A stretch of DNA of 64,000 bases. Origin: an uncultured Pseudomonadales bacterium (GTDB lineage: Bacteria; Patescibacteriota; Microgenomatia; UBA1400; Chazhemtobacteraceae). Under the pieces are notes generated by a model, which saw only the letters and a list, made by a program, of their open reading frames with translations, did not search any database and was not told the DNA's origin. Of the stretch, positions 30,701 through 38,012 are shown one piece after another (position 1 is the stretch's first letter; the number at the start of each line of letters is the position of its first letter). Position numbers and translations under genes: made by a program. Location: positions 79,485 through 143,484 of the forward strand of contig CAZUBK010000004.1 in NCBI GenBank assembly GCA_964618725.1. Reading direction: 5' to 3'.

Positions 30701-32086
30701 TCTGTTGATACTTACGGCAAAGCCCTTGCCATCTTCAACCACGATGAGACCGAGGACTTGCTAACAGCCTCTGCCTCCAGTGTCACCAAGTTTGCTGTCA
30801 GTAGTACCGGTGCCCTGTACGTTGGTGACAACACCACCCTTGGTACCTCTACTGCCCTTTGTTGGGAATCGGTGACGCGTAATGGTGCCACCGTCTACCA
30901 GGTAGGTGACTGTACCGGTACCCCCGGAGACTATGCCGAAATGTATCCGGTGGAGAATGATATCACTTATGGAGACGTCGTGACGCTAGGAACTGAGAAT
31001 GTCGTCCAAACAGACGGACAGATTGTGAAGAGATTAGTTAAGAGTAGTCGAGAGTATGACAGCAGTGTCGTCGGTATTGTCAGCAACAACTACCACGACT
31101 TTACCTTAGCAGGGAGCGCCTCTCTTAACTCCTCCGACAACCCCATGCCAGTCGCTCTCAGTGGACGTGTTCCCGTTAAAGTCTCCACCTCCTCGGCTGA
31201 AATCCAAGCCGGTGATTTTTTGACTACTTCTACCGAGGCAGGTAAGGCGATGAAGGCAACAGTCAGTGGTTATGTCATTGGTAAGGCCCTGGAAGACTGG
31301 AGTCCTGGCCAAACCACGGTGATGGTATTTGTCAACAACACCTATTACTCAGGGATTGCTCTCAATGAGCAAGGACAAACAGGAGTAACTGCCAATTCAG
31401 ATACAGAAGGTACTATACCTTCCGATGAGCAAGTCCTTGCTAAAGATCTTCAAGACAATCAGTATGCTTCACAGTCCGCTGCACTCAAACAAGAGATTGA
31501 CACCTTAAGTTCCAAGGTAACTGAGTTGACCACAAACCTCGACTCCCTCACCTCTCTTGTCCTCAGTGCCTCCGACTCCGCACTCGTAAATCCTGAATCA
31601 TATATCTTAAATCTCAACGATGAAACTGCCACAGTTTCGTCGTTGATGGTCACAGACAAACTTCTCACTCAGGATCTTGGCATCACCGGCTCCCTCACCA
31701 GTGGCCTTCTCACAATCAACGGTCTCAACGGCGACATCCATACCCTCGCCGGCCCCTTACGTCTTCAATCCTCTCCCCTTGCTTCTTTAACAGAAGGTAT
31801 TGAAATCCTAAATGGCTACCTTACCATCGATACTAAAGGTAACCTAAACATCAACCAAGGACATATTAAAGGCAATGATACCTTCCGTGGCTCCATTACC
31901 CTACCCACAGGTAAAATCAAAGTCACTGTTCCTCAAGAGTGGGAGACCGTACCTACCTCCATTACCTTGACCCCAAGTTATCTCACCGTCACCGCCATAA
32001 CTAATATCACCACTGACGGCTTCACTATCGAAGTCCTGACCCCCTCTCTTAAAACAGAGAAGATATACTGGACCGCCATTTGGTAG
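24704..32086 (+). CDS. Giant 2460-aa fibre/adhesin-like protein: N-terminal HTH_17, TM, G/S/T/D-rich repeats, right-handed beta-helix, peptidase-G2/IMC-like domain
   Basis: LTLTQAAQILDVNMATVRRWTNNGKLPSFRTPGGHRR; TM near aa 135-152; INAAIDAL...GGEIYLPEATY + ITGN repeats; DYAEMYP...VVGIVS...PVALSGRVPVKV...IGKALE. Confidence 0.85.
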   Translation: MSAQKHTQTSENQTLTLTQAAQILDVNMATVRRWTNNGKLPSFRTPGGHRRLHQADVEKIALQKQRRQLLKQQALADAIQIQQLALPKTPLKPISSLLTEPSLKVIDSDPLNIPQAEGPRGIPLGIDNKSKSSFRSFLTLALILATLLVSFKGVKAFRDTIAYETLYNTLPFLSRFTGSPLSPLTQNKITDKLKGSVLQATDTVEELIFEVNIPTNIDNDLNVSGDLTVDGDLITNGNVAFDSISADTADFGSADITTLSIGGTTLTSTATELNYLDGLTLAAGGIAYSTSTGLQISAAGTSSQVLTSNGSGAPTWKSVSSIQSTDASTLDSLDSTAFLRSNADDTYDSGNTLTVAGALAVSGSLTSTGDVSISDTNIALNGATTTFTTTGDLTLAVGGSDILSTSRMTLGSATAGTAQLLIDGNADVIQLQIQGHSTQTASTFVIEQSDGTDVLAVGNTGVLTLTNSGTTNTTFNLSSSGDFIIQDNGTAFITFNSSGQVVGSDTLLFNLSAATHNSTTPEGIILPQATSFTSPSSGEGYIAWDSDDNKLMMYTGSAWVDVAAAGGSLWTDGGTTTYLTATTDDLAVGGTDSESNLFFDESASALSLNPYGTSAGNTGELRFEELEANGDSYTGFKSPDSLAANVVYTLPSADATTSNQVLASSAAGVLSWIDVSAGAGTLWTDGGTTTYVTSTTDDIAMGGTTAESPFWMDVSASLLNLNPYGTSTGNTGAFVSQELEANGDSYTGFKAPDSLAASVVYALPLADASSANQVLSSNASGTLAWIDVTGGAGAPWTTSTTNTYLTTTTNDVIVGASTPVSSAKLSVDGDDDQIQLVVQGNATQTVATQLFLVETSAGSDLFSVDVNGDLVLSGELDINGTGTHDIAGTLNLSGTTLTASGDLTITPVGGDVILGSSVALTASKINKVIVVDGTTYAQTCAGINAAIDALGASGGEIYLPEATYTCTETITVDYNNTTIRGAGKGSKIVASAWGSWGTPGDVITTGTTDYNSFRDFQIDGTLLTAQAYDLLDLPNGSNYIVIDGLYLKNSDRYGININPGGAFVMITNSIIEGSDSYGIVADNTSAYTNIANNIIRTNDYGIVIAGDFVDVSNNIITGNTTAGISATGWGEDATITGNTFFSNGTYGVYVSGTGFDTNNNVTISGNEFKTHTNGVYLNNTKQVAVVGNNIFQYSTQAGQYGVYITGASADPANSNLISNNVITGYTDAGDIGIYIVNSYANNNILSYNSFSTNETNITDNGVNTQISNADSGNLSIGGADSTPDTTLELFRASGSDSTFSMTDGDVAHGVTTLANTDAFFHAGPISSTVGGTRLTSLADADGQALELRAVQTAPTDTTPAIKLVGAKASGTGVVDLDAAETVFQVANNDDAAALTVLGSGSVGIGDTTPDAVFDVDSTSATAVIFGDGTSNYFTFDGSTDVGDTLFTFTGASSGITSGKILSVVADTITTGNALDFSVDGISTGNGMYLESTSTALSSGNIASYYWNPGSATTATGDILRLDVGSNGTIGNILNVMNGGSSVFSVSQSQITSALPHQFTAAGDVSIAYDLQFTNQTASYIKSYAPLYIEAGETFENNDLTLRTYGTGDVILDFTTSTGTGKLQIAAPDPSIVFDTETATDTDFWMGVVEDAGADDDDTFQIGDGTTPGTNPWLVLDTSGNVGIGPDTTPDYKFEINVAASSDSTFALVDGDVAHGVTTLVNTDAFFHAGPISSTVGGTRLTSLADADGQAFEISAVQTAPTDTTPAIKLVGAKASGTGVVDLDAAETVFQVANNNDTAGITMLGDSSVGIGTVTPSSFANKLAVIYSVSGITGGTSGTFQNTFTPTANTAGSPIALKAATTVSGGSTNYSSANTAIRAQASNVNNTGSLTTTYGVYSQHGALSGGTTGSSAASYGVYSDTAWSSSATLASAYNYAAVISANSGTFTNTYGFYAGDLTSGTQSNTPFSFYASDTGTFNYFGGRTGIGDTSPLGMLEVSSASVDTYGKALAIFNHDETEDLLTASASSVTKFAVSSTGALYVGDNTTLGTSTALCWESVTRNGATVYQVGDCTGTPGDYAEMYPVENDITYGDVVTLGTENVVQTDGQIVKRLVKSSREYDSSVVGIVSNNYHDFTLAGSASLNSSDNPMPVALSGRVPVKVSTSSAEIQAGDFLTTSTEAGKAMKATVSGYVIGKALEDWSPGQTTVMVFVNNTYYSGIALNEQGQTGVTANSDTEGTIPSDEQVLAKDLQDNQYASQSAALKQEIDTLSSKVTELTTNLDSLTSLVLSASDSALVNPESYILNLNDETATVSSLMVTDKLLTQDLGITGSLTSGLLTINGLNGDIHTLAGPLRLQSSPLASLTEGIEILNGYLTIDTKGNLNINQGHIKGNDTFRGSITLPTGKIKVTVPQEWETVPTSITLTPSYLTVTAITNITTDGFTIEVLTPSLKTEKIYWTAIW
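26408..27100 (+). repeat. Tandem ~113-aa internal repeat (two units plus start of a third) in giant protein
   Basis: LWTDGGTTTY...NPYGTS.GNTG...ELEANGDSYTGFK.PDSLAA.VVY.LP.ADA...NQVL.S twice. Confidence 0.85.
28609..30090 (+). repeat. Dispersed ~260-bp direct repeat (about 28609-28870 and 29828-30090) in giant protein
   Basis: DGDVAHGVTTL.NTDAFFHAGPISSTVGGTRLTSLADADGQA...DLDAAETVFQVANN; differences mostly synonymous. Confidence 0.88.
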
Positions 32087-32100
32087 CATCGCTACCAAAT

Positions 32101-32128
32101 ACGATTTACGATTTAAGAATTAAGATTT
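32101..32128 (+). repeat. Heptamer array (ACGATTT/AAGATTT-type x4) immediately 5' of four-helix-bundle ATG
   Basis: acgattt acgattt aagaatt aagattt ATG. Confidence 0.85.
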
Positions 32129-32509
32129 ATGAACACAAAAATCAAAGACTTCACCGATCTGAAATCCTGGCAAGAAGCACATAAGCTAGTTCTTGACATA
32201 TACAAGGCGACCAGGTCTTTTCCCAAAGAAGAAACTTACTCACTAACCGACCAGATCCGCCGCGCAGCCGTATCAATTAGCAGTAATATCGCTGAAGGAT
32301 TCGGCAGACAAACATACAAAGAAAAAGTCCAGTTTTACTATCTAGCCCAGGGGTCACTTGTCGAGGTCAAAAATCAACTGTTTATTGCCAAAGATGTTGG
32401 ATATCTAAACCCACAATCATTTGCCACGTTAATGAGACAGGCCAATATTGCTCACCAGCTATTGCAGGGCTTAATCACCAAATCAAAATCTTTTATTCGT
32501 AAATCATAA
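32129..32509 (+). CDS. Four helix bundle protein (23S rRNA IVP/bAvd-like family)
   Basis: FTDLKSWQEAH.L...IY..T.SFPKEETYSLTDQIRRAAVSISSNIAEGFGR...FYYLAQGSLVE. Confidence 0.95.
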   Translation: MNTKIKDFTDLKSWQEAHKLVLDIYKATRSFPKEETYSLTDQIRRAAVSISSNIAEGFGRQTYKEKVQFYYLAQGSLVEVKNQLFIAKDVGYLNPQSFATLMRQANIAHQLLQGLITKSKSFIRKS

Positions 32510-32563
32510 ATCTGATGTCTAAAATCTTAAATCATAAATCTTATCTCATAAATCGTAGATCTC
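32494..32563 (+). repeat. Heptamer array (AAATCNT-type, 10 phased units), inverse of the 5' array
   Basis: tattcgt aaatcat aaatctg atgtcta aaatctt aaatcat aaatctt atctcat aaatcgt agatctc. Confidence 0.88.
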
Positions 32564-35500
32564 GGTTGCTGTTAAAACTTGGTCTTCTCTTTCTCTCTAT
32601 TACCCTCCCCATCGCCCTCCTCATCGCCCAAAACCCCAAAACCGTGGGAGCCGCCTGGTGGAACGGTGACTGGAAATACAGAAAAGTCATCCCCATCAGC
32701 TCTCATACCGCTGCCGAAACCAACGTCTACATCGCCATTACGGCTTATGACGCCTCCGACACAACCCGCTACCAGACCGACTGCGGCGACGTTCGCTTTA
32801 CCAAATACAGTGGCGAACTTTTGCCCTACACCGTCACTAGCTGCGGCGCTTCTACCACCTTTAACGTCCTCTTTGACACCTTCCCCGCTGGCGCCCAGGA
32901 TATCTATCTCTATTACGGCAACGGCAACGCCGCCAACGGTTTTCAAACCACCGCCTTTTCTACCCAAGCATCCGCCTATGTCATCGGCACTACCGGTTCT
33001 GAAGCCACCACCCCCGGTCCCGTTGCCTACTGGAAATTTGACGAAGGCCAGGGGCAGATCATAAATGATCAAACCACCCATAATAATGACGGTACCCTGG
33101 GCGCCGATTCTTCTTCCGCCTCCGACGACCCCACCTGGGTAGAAGCAGGCCGCTGTGTGAGCGGCAAGTGTTTGAGTTTTGACGGCAGCAATGACTTCGT
33201 AAATTATACTGGCTTGCCAACCCTTTTTTCCGATTGGGGAAGCACGTCGTTCTCCATGAGCACATGGTTTAAGACGATTGATAACGCCACTGATCGAGGT
33301 GTCTTTGGTTCATACGCTGCTAATGACATTGTTCAAATGAGAATAAATCCAAACTCAGATAATAAATTATCAGTCTACATGAGAGGATCCGCTAGTTGTG
33401 GTTGGGTCTCAAGTAATTCTGCAGTAGCAAATAACCAGTGGTACTACGCTACGATGGTGTACGATAGAACAAACTTGTATCTTTATGTTAATGGTCAGCT
33501 GCAAAATTCAACTGCATGCAACATAACGAGCGTTAATTTAAGTACATTTAGTGTGGGAAAGGTCACAGGAGCAGCTTCGTCGTTTACAGGCTTCATCGAC
33601 GAACCCAAAATTTATCCCTACGCCCGCACGGCAGCGCAGGTAAAACTGGATTACGATCAGGGCGCCCAGGCGGTGCTGGGCAGCACCAACACCGTCGGCG
33701 GCTCACCGGGATTTTTAAGCAATGGCTTGGTGGGGTACTGGAAACTCGACGAATCTTCCAGTACCGCCGCGGATTCTTCAGGCAATAGCAACAGTGGCAC
33801 TTGGAACGGCACTGCCGCTGCAGCTGCAGGTAAATTTGGTAATGGCATCTCCCTAGACGGAGACAGTGACTACGTCAGCATCGGAGACACAGAATTAATC
33901 AGCACAGCCTTCACCACCTCCGTCTGGTTCAAACCTGACAACGTCACCCAAACCGGCCCTATTATCAGCAAATACACTACTACAGGTGACAATAGGTCGT
34001 ACATCATCAGACTCGACTCTAATGATTATTATTTTGCCCTTTCCAGTGACGGCACCAGTGCTAGCGGCAAATTTGACCAGCTCACCGTCAGCAACGTAGT
34101 TAGCGCCAACGTCTGGCAGTTGGCTACCGTCACCTACGACGGCACCACCGTCAAAATGTTCCTCAATGGCAGTGAGGTTGGATCTTTTGCTCATACTGGC
34201 GGAGTTTATGCCAGCGGAACTGCTTCACTATTATTCGGTAACCAATCTACTAACTATTTTGACGGCACGCTCGACGAAACCCGCATCTACAATCGCGCCC
34301 TGTCCGCCGCCGAAGTCCGCCAGCTCTACTCCTGGGCGCCCGGGCCAATTGGCCGTTGGAACCTTGATGAGGGGACAGGCACCTCTGCTGCAGATGATAG
34401 TGGAAATAGCAATACTGGGACGATTACCGATCCAACCTGGATAAATGGAAAATTTGGCAAAGCCCTTTCTTTCAATGGAACAAGTGCAGAGGTAAACATC
34501 GGAGATACAGATAACACCTCTGGTATGCTGACCATTTCTGCATGGATCAAACCAAACACCGTCAGCGGTGGGTATGATGCCATCTATGGAGAAAGCGGCT
34601 TTGGATTTTACAACTTCAATGGCGTTCTAACCTTGTGGACATCAGCGTTTACTGGAGGCACGGGTACGCTTACTGTTAATCAATGGCAACACGTAGCCGC
34701 AACATTTGACTCCAGCACCGATTCCATTTATTTCTACATTAATGGGACTCGCGTGTACAGTAAAACAAACTGGACAGGCACGGTGCCCAACGATGCAAAC
34801 ACAGAATTTATTGGTTCCTATAACGGTAGTCAGGAATGGTTTTCAGGTTTAATCGACGACATGCGCATCTACAACTACGCCCGCACGGCCGGGCAAATAA
34901 TGGAAGACATGAATGCCGGGCATCCAGTGGGCGGCTCGCCAGAAGGCTCCCAGGTTATCTACTACAAATTTGATGAACAACAAGGCAGTACCGCCAATGA
35001 CACCGTTGGCAACCAAAACGGCACCGTTACCAGTGCCAGTTGGCTGACTAAAGCAAGCTGCAAAATTAACGGCTGTTTAAGCTTTGACGCCGCCGGCGAA
35101 GTCGTAACTATCGCCACCGCCAACGACAGTGTGGTTGATTTTAACAGTAGCGAAACCTTCTCCGGCTCCGCCTGGGTCTATGTCACTACTATGCCCGGCT
35201 CTGGGGAACAAGATGCCATCATTGCCAAATGGGACGATACCGGAAATCTTGCCGATTACAAACTCTACGTCGAAAACGACGACGCCGATACCACCGGCAA
35301 CTTTGAGGTCCAGATCTATGATGAATCCGCCAGCCAAGCCATCACCGCCAGCCAGGCCATTGACCAGGTAGCCGTCAACACCTGGTATCACGTTTCTTTC
35401 ACCTTTAACGGCGGCACAGCTGGCGCCGCCGGCGACCTCAAACTCTACGTTGGTGGCAAATATACCGCTCAAAACGCGGCCAATACTTCCTTCTTGGGGT

Positions 35501-37071
35501 TAGAGGACAAGGCCAGCGACTTTACTATTGGTGAATATGATACCGGTGATGTAGTTTCCACCAATACCGCCTTCACTGGCTATATCGACGACGTCAAAAT
35601 GTATAGCTCCGCCCTCACCGCTGACCAAATCGCCGTCGACATGAATGCCAATGCGGCGCTCAATTTTGGCACCACCGCCAACGCCGAAGCCGCGGATTTA
35701 AGTGACGGCGCCGGCAACGCACCAGTGGCCTACTGGAATATGGACGAAAAAACGGGCCAATCTACTAACGACACTTCTGGCAACAGCAATACCGGCACTT
35801 TAGGCGCTACCTCCTCCTCCGCCTCCGACGACCCCACCTGGGCTACTGGTAAATACGGAGCGGGGTTAAGTTTTGATGGGAGTAATGATTATGTGAATAT
35901 TACAACGCCTTCCATATACAATCAAACTCAATATACTATTTCAGCTTGGATAAAATTGACCAACACCACTGGTAGTCAAACGATTTATTCAGAAGGTCGT
36001 AATGCTAGTTTAGGTTTTCTCTGGTTTTATATAAATGCCGGAAAAATAGAACTTCGTGATAATGATGGGACTAATTATAACCAGTACGATGGTAGCACTA
36101 CTCTCTCCACAGGTGTCTGGCACCATGTTTTGGTAACTAGAAATGGCAATACCGCAGCAAATATTTATCTGAACGGTAAACTTGAAACGTTAAGCGTAAA
36201 TTCAACTTTGGGTAGCGGAACTCTGCCCACGTTAACACTGGCTTCTGTTGGTAGCTTGTTACGTAGTACTAATGCCTCATTTTTTAACGGTTCTATAGAC
36301 GACGTCCGCATCTACAACTACGCCCGCACGGCGGCGCAGGTGGCCTACGATTACAATCGCGGCGCGCCGGTGGGCTGGTGGAAGCTGGACGAGTGCCAGG
36401 GGACGGTGGCTAATGACGCGAGTGGGAATGGCAACCACGGCACCATCACCATCGGCGCTTCGGGTGAAGACACTGTCGGCACCTGCCAAACCTCCTCCAC
36501 TGCCTGGGGCAGCGGGGCAACAGGAAAATATGGGGCGAGTTTGAGCTTTGACGGAACGGATGATTATGTGGATATCTCAACAACGGGGACCAACTATGCA
36601 CCCACGGACAAACCATTTTCTGTCTCTTCGTGGTTTAAGTCAGCTGCTTCTCCTACAGTATATGGCAGAATAGTAAACTTAAAATCCAATTCTTCTCCGT
36701 TTCATCTTATATATTCAACAGACACTAGTTATAATCTTGGATTTGGGGGTGATACCTGGGGAAAGACATGGAAAGTTCCTCTTCCCTCTTCCAACACATG
36801 GCACCATGTTGCAATAGCATATAATGGCAACGGGGTAACAACCGCCAGCAACTTCTTGGTCACAGTCGATGGATCAAGTCAAACTCTAACTAATGCTGGT
36901 AGTATTGGAAACGTATCAAACACTTCATTTATAGGAAAATATTCCGGCGCTGCGGCCAATGAGCATTTTGCTGGCCAGATCGACGACGTGCGCATCTACA
37001 ACTACGCCCTCTCTGCCGCCCAGGTGCGCAAACTCTTCAACGAAGGCGCCAGCGTGCGGTATGGCAATTAA
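32515..37071 (+). CDS. 1518-aa surface protein: DUF2341-like N-domain plus six LamG/concanavalin-like domains
   Basis: AWWNGDWKYRK, DCGDVRFT, IYLYYGN; six (G/A)YWKFDE...FDG..DYV...W.H...F.G.IDDVRIYNYA units. Confidence 0.92.
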   Translation: MSKILNHKSYLINRRSRLLLKLGLLFLSITLPIALLIAQNPKTVGAAWWNGDWKYRKVIPISSHTAAETNVYIAITAYDASDTTRYQTDCGDVRFTKYSGELLPYTVTSCGASTTFNVLFDTFPAGAQDIYLYYGNGNAANGFQTTAFSTQASAYVIGTTGSEATTPGPVAYWKFDEGQGQIINDQTTHNNDGTLGADSSSASDDPTWVEAGRCVSGKCLSFDGSNDFVNYTGLPTLFSDWGSTSFSMSTWFKTIDNATDRGVFGSYAANDIVQMRINPNSDNKLSVYMRGSASCGWVSSNSAVANNQWYYATMVYDRTNLYLYVNGQLQNSTACNITSVNLSTFSVGKVTGAASSFTGFIDEPKIYPYARTAAQVKLDYDQGAQAVLGSTNTVGGSPGFLSNGLVGYWKLDESSSTAADSSGNSNSGTWNGTAAAAAGKFGNGISLDGDSDYVSIGDTELISTAFTTSVWFKPDNVTQTGPIISKYTTTGDNRSYIIRLDSNDYYFALSSDGTSASGKFDQLTVSNVVSANVWQLATVTYDGTTVKMFLNGSEVGSFAHTGGVYASGTASLLFGNQSTNYFDGTLDETRIYNRALSAAEVRQLYSWAPGPIGRWNLDEGTGTSAADDSGNSNTGTITDPTWINGKFGKALSFNGTSAEVNIGDTDNTSGMLTISAWIKPNTVSGGYDAIYGESGFGFYNFNGVLTLWTSAFTGGTGTLTVNQWQHVAATFDSSTDSIYFYINGTRVYSKTNWTGTVPNDANTEFIGSYNGSQEWFSGLIDDMRIYNYARTAGQIMEDMNAGHPVGGSPEGSQVIYYKFDEQQGSTANDTVGNQNGTVTSASWLTKASCKINGCLSFDAAGEVVTIATANDSVVDFNSSETFSGSAWVYVTTMPGSGEQDAIIAKWDDTGNLADYKLYVENDDADTTGNFEVQIYDESASQAITASQAIDQVAVNTWYHVSFTFNGGTAGAAGDLKLYVGGKYTAQNAANTSFLGLEDKASDFTIGEYDTGDVVSTNTAFTGYIDDVKMYSSALTADQIAVDMNANAALNFGTTANAEAADLSDGAGNAPVAYWNMDEKTGQSTNDTSGNSNTGTLGATSSSASDDPTWATGKYGAGLSFDGSNDYVNITTPSIYNQTQYTISAWIKLTNTTGSQTIYSEGRNASLGFLWFYINAGKIELRDNDGTNYNQYDGSTTLSTGVWHHVLVTRNGNTAANIYLNGKLETLSVNSTLGSGTLPTLTLASVGSLLRSTNASFFNGSIDDVRIYNYARTAAQVAYDYNRGAPVGWWKLDECQGTVANDASGNGNHGTITIGASGEDTVGTCQTSSTAWGSGATGKYGASLSFDGTDDYVDISTTGTNYAPTDKPFSVSSWFKSAASPTVYGRIVNLKSNSSPFHLIYSTDTSYNLGFGGDTWGKTWKVPLPSSNTWHHVAIAYNGNGVTTASNFLVTVDGSSQTLTNAGSIGNVSNTSFIGKYSGAAANEHFAGQIDDVRIYNYALSAAQVRKLFNEGASVRYGN

Positions 37072-37122
37072 GCACCAATTTTCAATCAATATCAAATTGA
37101 AAATTACACAGGCAAACTAGTC

Positions 37123-37479
37123 TTAATATACTGCCTCATAATGGTCGATCCTTACCGTTTTCCCTTTTTCATCTAACACCACCGCCACTACGTCAATTCT
37201 CTTTAGGTTATTTACCGCTTTGAAATACATATTTGCCATTCGCTGGACTTGGTTTAGTTTTCTCCAATTCACCATCTCCTCCGGACTGCCAAAACCTGCC
37301 CCCACTTTCGTCTTCACTTCCACAAACACAAACACATCACCATCTTTCGCAATTATGTCTATCTCCCCAAATCGGTTTCCCCAATTAGTCTCAATAATAT
37401 TATAACCCTTTTTCTCAAGTAACCCTCTTGCTATTTCTTCTCCTTTCTTTCCCGTCGTTTTGTTGTTTTTCTTCGGCAT
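37123..37479 (-). CDS. yraN: YraN family PD-(D/E)XK nuclease
   Basis: GKKGEEIA..LL..KGY.IIETNW..RFGEIDIIA..FVFVEVKT..RIDVVAV. Confidence 0.92.
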   Translation of the reverse strand: MPKKNNKTTGKKGEEIARGLLEKKGYNIIETNWGNRFGEIDIIAKDGDVFVFVEVKTKVGAGFGSPEEMVNWRKLNQVQRMANMYFKAVNNLKRIDVVAVVLDEKGKTVRIDHYEAVY

Positions 37480-37488
37480 ACTTTTCAG

Positions 37489-37710
37489 TTACAGATCAAC
37501 CAAGAAATCACTCAACGAAATCTCTGCTTGTCGCAAGATCGCCCGCAAAGTCCCAGTTCTAACAGGCCTATTATGAACAGGCACTACTGTCCTTTTTCCA
37601 TTTTTATGGGTAAACACAACATGACTTCCCTTCCCTTTTCTCGGAAGAAAGCCTCTCTTAATCAAAACTCTTTCAACATCCCTTGGTTTTATTTGTGGCA
37701 GCTTCGACAT
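37489..37710 (-). CDS. hicA: HicA family toxin
   Basis: L.KRGF...KGKGSHVVF.H..G.RTVVPVH....GTLRAILRQA. Confidence 0.92.
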   Translation of the reverse strand: MSKLPQIKPRDVERVLIKRGFLPRKGKGSHVVFTHKNGKRTVVPVHNRPVRTGTLRAILRQAEISLSDFLVDL

Positions 37711-37712
37711 TT

Positions 37713-37985
37713 CTAGATTACAGCAAAGTTTCCTCCAACCCCAATCTGAGTAGAAGTAATAATGTCTCTTTCGGGTCTATCGATAGGCACAGGTCGACGA
37801 TCTTCAATCAAACTATCAACATACGTTTTTATCGCTTGCGTCACATTTTCTACTGCTTCTTCCACAGTATCTCCATCATCAGCAACTCCCAAAGTTGGAG
37901 AATAGGCATAAAAACCAGGTTTGCCAGTTCCTGTTTCTTCATCCGGTTCAACAATGATTCTGTAGTTCAAAAATGTTTTCTGCAT
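37713..37985 (-). CDS. hicB: HicB family antitoxin
   Basis: YRIIVEPDE..GFYAYSPTLGVADDGDTVEEAVENVTQAI. Confidence 0.9.
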   Translation of the reverse strand: MQKTFLNYRIIVEPDEETGTGKPGFYAYSPTLGVADDGDTVEEAVENVTQAIKTYVDSLIEDRRPVPIDRPERDIITSTQIGVGGNFAVI

Positions 37986-38012
37986 ATCCCTCATTATATA
38001 CCCTCTTGCCAA

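Noticed and set aside
28609-32509. Diversity-generating retroelement (Avd-like gene plus repeat pair)
   Set aside because: No reverse transcriptase in the window; both repeat copies are coding and differ mainly at synonymous third positions, not specifically at adenines.
32101-32563. CRISPR array
   Set aside because: Repeats are 7-bp tandem units without spacers; no cas genes and no 25-45 bp regularly spaced repeats seen in the window.
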